From positions 1-20,131 of the forward strand of contig JBFESZ010000031.1 in the NCBI GenBank assembly GCA_041548245.1: a stretch of 20,131 nt of DNA, written 5' to 3'. Position 1 is the first letter of the stretch. Each line of letters opens with the position of its first letter. Made by a program: the position numbers and the translations under genes. This DNA is from Sulfurimonadaceae bacterium. Lineage in GTDB: Bacteria; Campylobacterota; Campylobacteria; Campylobacterales; Sulfurimonadaceae. The notes under the pieces were generated by a model, which was given only the letters and a program-made list of their open reading frames with translations, made no database searches and was not told where the DNA came from. This document shows, piece by piece, positions 14,802 to 20,131 of this stretch.

Positions 14802-15590
14802 TTATAGATATTGAATCAGTAATAGTACCACCTCGATAGACATAATAGCTATGACAAGCTTTACCATTCCGTTTAAAACAGCGATGGGAACACCGGTATA
14901 GTTCATAGCGGTACGCAATCCGCTGTAAATGGGTACCAGGGTCACAAAAAAACCAAACAGCAAGCTTTTAGAGAATAGAAGGATAAAGTCATCGATGCCA
15001 ATAGCATGCATCAGCGTTCTGATATACAGGTCTGCACCGGTTTGATAAAAGAAGAAAAGGTAGATATAGCCGCTTAAGAGCATAATGATGCTTAAGAGCG
15101 AAGCCAACATGATAAGAGAGATGATACCGGCGATAATACGAGGCAAAAACAGGTATTCAATCATATCAATCTTAAAGGCTTTTAATGTGTTAAGCTCATT
15201 AGAGACCTTCATGACGGCTATTTCGGTATTGATGGCAGCACCTGAGCGCAGGGCGACGAGTAAAACGGTACTCAAAGGTGCGACTTCGTTTAGGACAATA
15301 CGGATAATAAAGGTGCCCAGATGGTCTTTGAGACCATAATCGAGTGCAAAGTGCACAATCAAGGCGATAATGATGGTACCGAAAACGACACCTAGAAGAA
15401 GAAGTAGAGGCAGCACCTGAACAGCGGTAAAGTAGATCTGTTTGATTAGGATGTCCTGGGTGGCAGAATTGTAAGCGCCTCTTTGAAATATCTTAAAGAG
15501 ACATTGATAGGTAAAGTAGAGTGCTTCGTAGAAGATATTTAAAAAACGAAGGGTCAGTTCACCAAGGTTCTCTATCGATTTAATAATCAT
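14802..15590 (-). CDS. mlaE: MlaE-family ABC permease
   Basis: QIYFTAVQ, EVAPL..LLVALRSGAAINTEIAVMKVSNELNTL, YLFLPRIIA, KSLLFG. Confidence 0.93.
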   Translation of the reverse strand: MIIKSIENLGELTLRFLNIFYEALYFTYQCLFKIFQRGAYNSATQDILIKQIYFTAVQVLPLLLLLGVVFGTIIIALIVHFALDYGLKDHLGTFIIRIVLNEVAPLSTVLLVALRSGAAINTEIAVMKVSNELNTLKAFKIDMIEYLFLPRIIAGIISLIMLASLLSIIMLLSGYIYLFFFYQTGADLYIRTLMHAIGIDDFILLFSKSLLFGFFVTLVPIYSGLRTAMNYTGVPIAVLNGMVKLVIAIMSIEVVLLLIQYL

Positions 15591-15636
15591 AATGAAACAA
15601 TCCTATCAACCCTTTTGTTAAAAGTATCTAAAGATA

Positions 15637-16320
15637 TCATGGTATGTGAAACTCAAGGGGATAGCACCAACCTTCACCTTCGGCCTCGAACACAGGTTCG
15701 ATGGTGTTCCCATTAAGTATCTCCTTCGTAGCAAAGGCAGCTAAGACGGCATCAACAAGATGGTCATCTTGTATATCAGCAATACCCAATTTGTTTAAAA
15801 TCTCTGTGTACTCTTTTTTATAGTTCTTATATCCCAATGCCAGGGCAATCTGCTTGGGATAGACCTCGTATATGGCTCTTTGTCCTTGAGGAAGCTTAAC
15901 AAAGGGCTCGTGATAATCAAAGAAATGAAGTAGCTCTACCATTCTGGCAGTCAGCCGTCCTATTCTGTCACCAGCTGGAGGCATGGGGCGCAGACCGTAA
16001 GTCTTATACAACCAATAATCGCTGTAGCGAAAAAGATATGGATTGATGATCTCTCCGGAACCTTCCCTTGAAGGTGGTTTGAATGATGGGTCCATAAGCG
16101 GTTTGGGCAGAGAAAAAGGGGCATCAATGCCAACGGCATCAAAGTCATATCTTGTCAGCACCTCTTTTAAAAAGGCTGTACAGGCATGATGCTCTTTGTG
16201 CTTGGGCTCTTTGAAAAGCTCAATGACTTTTGTCTCTTTCTCATCCCAGGCTATCAGTGCAAAAGCCGAGTTTCCACTCATACATCCGCCAAGGTCGATA
16301 CCTAATGTTGTTCTTGTCAT
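15637..16320 (-). CDS. DUF429 family predicted RNase H-like nuclease
   Basis: [36 protein letters not shown] and EGW. Confidence 0.82.
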   Translation of the reverse strand: MTRTTLGIDLGGCMSGNSAFALIAWDEKETKVIELFKEPKHKEHHACTAFLKEVLTRYDFDAVGIDAPFSLPKPLMDPSFKPPSREGSGEIINPYLFRYSDYWLYKTYGLRPMPPAGDRIGRLTARMVELLHFFDYHEPFVKLPQGQRAIYEVYPKQIALALGYKNYKKEYTEILNKLGIADIQDDHLVDAVLAAFATKEILNGNTIEPVFEAEGEGWCYPLEFHIP

Positions 16321-16354
16321 AAGGATATGTTATCATAACTCAAAGGATTTGGAT

Positions 16355-16624
16355 ATGGGAAGTTATCAATTCATAATATCGGGAAAGGTCCAAGGCGTCT
16401 GGTATCGAAAAGCAGTATGTGAGAATGCCAGAAAAAAGGGATTTAGCGGCTATGTGAAAAATCTTGATGATGGCTGTGTGGAAGCGGGCGTCACCCTGAA
16501 GGATGATGACTTCGCCTATTTTATCGACATACTTGAGAAAGGTTCTGTCGGTTCACGCGTGGATAATATCGAACAGTATCAATCTAATGAAGAATTTTCG
16601 GGAGAGTTTGAAGTCCGTTATTGA
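16355..16624 (+). CDS. acyP: Acylphosphatase
   Basis: [35 protein letters not shown]. The true start is the ATG at 16355 after AAAGGA; the ORF track over-extends it to 16196. Confidence 0.95.
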   Translation: MGSYQFIISGKVQGVWYRKAVCENARKKGFSGYVKNLDDGCVEAGVTLKDDDFAYFIDILEKGSVGSRVDNIEQYQSNEEFSGEFEVRY

Positions 16625-17841
16625 CTCATTGACTTGCCTGCGAGATAAGCACTTGAAAAGGCAAAGTGAAAATTAAATCCGCCGCGTCTCCCGACGATGT
16701 CCAGGACCTCTCCGGCAAAGTAAAGGCCCTTGCATTTTTTTGATTCCATCGTTTTCTCATTGACTTCATCTGTATTGATCCCTCCACCGCTGACCTCGGC
16801 ATGTTTGAAACCATGGGTATCATTTACCTCAAATCGCCAATCTTTTATCTTTGTGACGATCTGTTTAGCCATTTTAGTATGCATATCTTTACCCGGAGTT
16901 TGTGTATCGATTTTTACATCTTCAAGTAGGACTCTACAGAGTTTGATGGGAAGAAGGCCTGATAGTATGATCTCAATAGGATGTGCAGGCAGGTTTTGTG
17001 CCATCTGCAACAGCTGTGAACTCAGGGCTTGTCTGTCAAACTTTGGAAGAAGATCCAAAGCAATATCAACAAGCTGGTGATTAAGAAGTGCTTCCGAAGC
17101 TATTTGGGAAATATCCAAGATGGCAAACCCTGAGATACCGTACTTTGTAAATAAAATATCACCTTTGACACGATGCTCTTTTTGAGTGTTAATAAAGAGT
17201 GAGACCTCGGCATCAAGCTTGATACCGGACATCTTCTCATGAAGCGACGAATTTAGATGTAGTTGCACCAAGGAAGGGTAGGTGGGTACAATGGTATGTC
17301 CAAAACCTGATGCCAGCTCATAACCTGAAGCGGAACCACCGAGTTGGGGAGCCGCTTCGCTTCCTGTACAGATAAGGACCTTCTCATACCCCTCGGATAT
17401 ATTAAGGGCGGTATGAAGAAAAAAGAGCCCCTCTTTTTTTTCAAGCTGGGTGATGGTGTACTCGTTAAAGATCTCTACACCACACGCAAGGGCATAGGTC
17501 TGAAAAGCCAGGGCAACGGATTTGGCTTCGTTTGAAAGGGGATAGGCGCGCCCATCATCGAGTATGTTGAATAAAAGGCCGATACTCTTACAGAACTTTT
17601 GAAGTTGTGCGAAACTGAAGCTATTCAGTGCAAAGTCGGCAAACTCGGGTCGTTGACCAGCATAGTCAGCAGTACTTACTAGAATGTTAGAGATATTGCA
17701 ACGCCCATTACCAGAAGCCAGTATTTTCTTTGCAGGTTTACTGTTCTGCTCATAAAGATGTACTTTTGCCCCGGTCTTAGAAGCGGTAATGGCAGCCATC
17801 AAACCTGCGGCACCGCCACCAATTATTGCGATGGAAATCAT
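16618..17841 (-). CDS. HI0933/YhiN/BaiN-family NAD(P)/FAD-dependent oxidoreductase
   Basis: [62 protein letters not shown]. Confidence 0.95.
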   Translation of the reverse strand: MISIAIIGGGAAGLMAAITASKTGAKVHLYEQNSKPAKKILASGNGRCNISNILVSTADYAGQRPEFADFALNSFSFAQLQKFCKSIGLLFNILDDGRAYPLSNEAKSVALAFQTYALACGVEIFNEYTITQLEKKEGLFFLHTALNISEGYEKVLICTGSEAAPQLGGSASGYELASGFGHTIVPTYPSLVQLHLNSSLHEKMSGIKLDAEVSLFINTQKEHRVKGDILFTKYGISGFAILDISQIASEALLNHQLVDIALDLLPKFDRQALSSQLLQMAQNLPAHPIEIILSGLLPIKLCRVLLEDVKIDTQTPGKDMHTKMAKQIVTKIKDWRFEVNDTHGFKHAEVSGGGINTDEVNEKTMESKKCKGLYFAGEVLDIVGRRGGFNFHFAFSSAYLAGKSMSQ

Positions 17842-18028
17842 TTAAGTCTCAAATCGATAGATTTTTTTGTTTTATCAGGGAAATAGAGCATCTTCATATC
17901 TTTTAAACTATTTTCATGTAAGTGTACAGAAATCTCAATTAAAAGATGTTAGAAGCATTCAAAGAGGTTTGTTACAGGAAGAGAAGTGCATAGGAGTGAA
18001 GTAGAAAATCTTGGATATAATCCTTACT

Positions 18029-18766
18029 ATGAAAAAGATCGTTATCAACAAAAAATATTATGGAACCGTAGAGCTTGCTCCGACACGAAATGCCTATAAT
18101 ATTTTTGTCCGTGTTATCCGTGCCTTCAAGGCACGTGAAAAATTCAGTGTACAACTTCTGTTCTCACCTGAAAAGATTAAAAGTTTTGATCATTATCGTC
18201 CGGGAGGTTCTGAGAATGAACTGCTTGAGCTTCAGATGTATATTGAGATGTGTGATATATTTAAAAAAAACAGTGATGATGCGCGTCATCTGAAACAGCA
18301 TATAGAGTTTGTCAATGACAATGCCTATGTCAATCTTGATATAGGCAAACATCTGAGACTCTTTAACAAGCAGGAAGCATCCAAGACAAAGAAAGCCTAT
18401 CTCTTCTGGGATATCGAAAACTTTTCCAATGTCTCGCCGATGTTCTCACACATCATAGAGCCTTTTGAGATAGAAGATGAATCTATCTATATCGCATGCA
18501 ACCCCGATTCCCTGTATCTTTTTAAAGCCGAATGGGAAGCTGACCTGTATGACTTTTCAAAGACCTTGAATTCGTTTCATTTTACCAAATGTGATCATGG
18601 AAAGAATGTGGCGGATGGAGTCCTGTTGCAAAATTTCAAAGAGCTGGCTCCTCATGATTCAGACATCTATGTGATGACCTATGACAGAGAGCTCAAAGAG
18701 CTCTTCAAAACGGCCTGTCATCCGAGCAACAATCTGTATGTATTGGAAAGAAAGATTCTAAAGTGA
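18029..18766 (+). CDS. Protein with an unrecognised N-terminal region and a C-terminal NYN (PIN-fold) domain
   Basis: C-terminal half has YLFWDIEN, GKNVAD and VMTYDREL, matching NYN/LabA-type acidic motifs. ATG 18029 is preferred over TTG 18011 because TATAAT lies at 18016-18021. Confidence 0.68.
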   Translation: MKKIVINKKYYGTVELAPTRNAYNIFVRVIRAFKAREKFSVQLLFSPEKIKSFDHYRPGGSENELLELQMYIEMCDIFKKNSDDARHLKQHIEFVNDNAYVNLDIGKHLRLFNKQEASKTKKAYLFWDIENFSNVSPMFSHIIEPFEIEDESIYIACNPDSLYLFKAEWEADLYDFSKTLNSFHFTKCDHGKNVADGVLLQNFKELAPHDSDIYVMTYDRELKELFKTACHPSNNLYVLERKILK

Positions 18767-19492
18767 TTATTCTTCACCTAGAAAGATCTGTTTGGCACGT
18801 TTGAGGTCCTCTTCAGTGTCAATTCCAAATCCGGTACTGGCGACCTTGACCATAGAGATTTTCTTGCCATGGTAGATGGCACGGAGCTGCTCAAGCTTTT
18901 CAATGTCCTCGATAGGGGCATCATCAAGTTCACAAAAATCATGCAGACTTTTTTTTGTAAACCCGTATATCCCTATGTGGCCGAAGTAGGTGGCTGAACC
19001 GCTTCTGTTAAATGGGATAGGGTTACGCGAAAAGTAGATGGCGTTATGGTCAGCATCCATGATCACTTTGACAAGATTGGGATCTTGAGCGGCTTCATTG
19101 TTGATAGCGTTGTAGCATGAGGCCATTATGAAGTCGGCTTTTTGATTTTGCAGCTCTTTAAGACGTTTGATCACAGAATCAACGACTTCGGGTTCGATGA
19201 AAGGCTCATCAGCCTGGATGTTCACGATGATATCATCATCTTGAAGGTTGAGTATCTGTGCCGCTTCATTGATTCTATCTGTCCCGCTTTTATGAGTCTC
19301 TGAGGTCATCATCGCTTTGTAACCATATTTTTTACATAGATCGATTACCTCTTGTGAATCAGTCGCAATAGCGACTTCATCCAAATGCTCCACCTGTTTA
19401 GCTGTTCTGATGACCATTGGAAGCCCACCAATATCAGCCAAAACTTTTTTTGGAAAACGCGAGGAAGCAAGCCGTGCAGGGATGATAATCAT
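18767..19492 (-). CDS. kdsB: 3-deoxy-manno-octulosonate cytidylyltransferase
   Basis: IIIPARLASSRFPKKVLA, HKSGTDR, VNIQADEP, AIYFSR, HIGIYG, EKLEQLRA, GIDTEEDL. Confidence 0.97.
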   Translation of the reverse strand: MIIIPARLASSRFPKKVLADIGGLPMVIRTAKQVEHLDEVAIATDSQEVIDLCKKYGYKAMMTSETHKSGTDRINEAAQILNLQDDDIIVNIQADEPFIEPEVVDSVIKRLKELQNQKADFIMASCYNAINNEAAQDPNLVKVIMDADHNAIYFSRNPIPFNRSGSATYFGHIGIYGFTKKSLHDFCELDDAPIEDIEKLEQLRAIYHGKKISMVKVASTGFGIDTEEDLKRAKQIFLGEE

Positions 19493-19510
19493 TTTTAACC
19501 TTTATTTGGA

Positions 19511-19516
19511 TATAAT
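19511..19516 (+). promoter_or_regulatory. Candidate -10 box for the tRNA methyltransferase gene
   Basis: ggaTATAAT, about 30 nt upstream of the AAGGA RBS at 19547-19551. Confidence 0.5.
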
Positions 19517-19558
19517 CACTTTTTTTAAAAAGAAGTATACCCAAACAAGGAAAAAAGC

Positions 19559-20131
19559 CTGCTTTTATATCAGCCCCAAGAGGGATATTGTTACAACAGT
19601 GATTCTGTATATCTTTATGATTTCATCTCTTCTTTCAATATCAAAGGAAGACTTTTAGATGTTGGAAGCGGTTGTGGAGTTCTGGGGCTTCTTGTTGCAC
19701 GTGATAACAATGTTCAGGCTGAAGGGGTGGATAAACAGTGGGCATTTTGCCAATATACTTCAAAGAATGCTGAAGTTAATGGCATCGAGTATAGAATGCA
19801 TCAGGGTGACTTCTTGGAGTTTGAGGATGAGAAGGGGTTTGATGTGATCATCTCAAACCCGCCTTTTTACCATGAGGGTTCTTCCAAAAGCGAGAATGAG
19901 ATGCGTCATACTGCGAGGTATAATGTACATCTGCCAATGGACAGGTTCTTTAAAAGGGTGTCCAAACTTTTGGGGCCCAGAGGTCATTTTATCTTTTGTT
20001 ATGATCCGCAGCAGTTTCAAAGTATCTGTATAGGCCTTGCTGCTGCCAAGTTGACAATCGAGACGGTACAGTTTGTGCACCCCAAGGTTGATAGAAAGGC
20101 TTCCTTGGTGATGGTACAAGCACGCAAGGGA
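19559..20131 (+). CDS. yfiC: tRNA1(Val) adenine(37)-N6-methyltransferase-like protein (3'-truncated, CTG start, absent from the ORF track)
   Basis: Manual translation: (M)LLYQPQEGYCYNSDS..LLDVGSGCGVLGLL..GDF..FDVIISNPPFY..ARY..FVHPK. The frame is open to the window end. Confidence 0.88.
   Translation, partial: MLLYQPQEGYCYNSDSVYLYDFISSFNIKGRLLDVGSGCGVLGLLVARDNNVQAEGVDKQWAFCQYTSKNAEVNGIEYRMHQGDFLEFEDEKGFDVIISNPPFYHEGSSKSENEMRHTARYNVHLPMDRFFKRVSKLLGPRGHFIFCYDPQQFQSICIGLAAAKLTIETVQFVHPKVDRKASLVMVQARKG

Noticed and set aside
14871-14877. In-frame T-TTA-AAC slippery heptamer in mlaE whose -1 frame is open into the pseudo-ATPase ORF
   Set aside because: This heptamer is not a typical efficient bacterial shift site, no clear stimulatory structure was seen, and a shift would remove the last MlaE helix. 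Chance or an ATT start is simpler.
16196-16354. Long N-terminal extension of acylphosphatase
   Set aside because: It is antisense to the DUF429 gene; the RBS and family length fit the ATG at 16355.
17898-17947. Inverted repeat ATCTTTTAA..TTAAAAGAT, plus a 15-codon ORF starting at 17946, in the largest intergenic region
   Set aside because: Short, AT-rich and widely spaced; the ORF has no RBS. Not enough for an sRNA or operator call.
19659-20119. ORF-track ORFs 19659-19847 (+) and 19853-20119 (-)
   Set aside because: They overlap the methyltransferase frame that starts at 19559.

Overview
A gene-dense chromosomal window that looks like Campylobacterota (Sulfurimonas/Sulfurovum-like; inferred from protein families, TATAAT-only promoters and AAGGA ribosome-binding sites). 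Housekeeping genes flank it: the 3' part of clpB on the left; acyP, an HI0933-family flavoprotein, kdsB and a tRNA m6A37 methyltransferase on the right. The middle is a long minus-strand block with four units: (1) an MlaE / degenerate ABC-ATPase / MlaD / lipoprotein operon; (2) lemA, a DUF3137 gene and a metallophosphoesterase; (3) an unusual coupled operon (10388-5795) encoding a Cys-less thioredoxin-like exported protein, a MacB/FtsX-type ABC permease and ATPase, a heme-copper-oxidase (CcoN/NorB)-fold membrane protein that keeps the heme ligands but has lost the CuB/FeB histidines, and a compact MFS-like protein; (4) YceI coupled to an exported protein resembling class II terpene cyclases (DxDT). 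Units 3-4 are the best candidate for an undescribed system. Other points of note: a possibly chimeric clpB 5' end, a small tetraheme cytochrome c, a near-consensus sigma28 promoter, candidate leaderless genes, and probable CTG and ATT start codons. No rRNA, tRNA, CRISPR array or mobile element was seen. All family calls are by eye from motifs; no database search was run.
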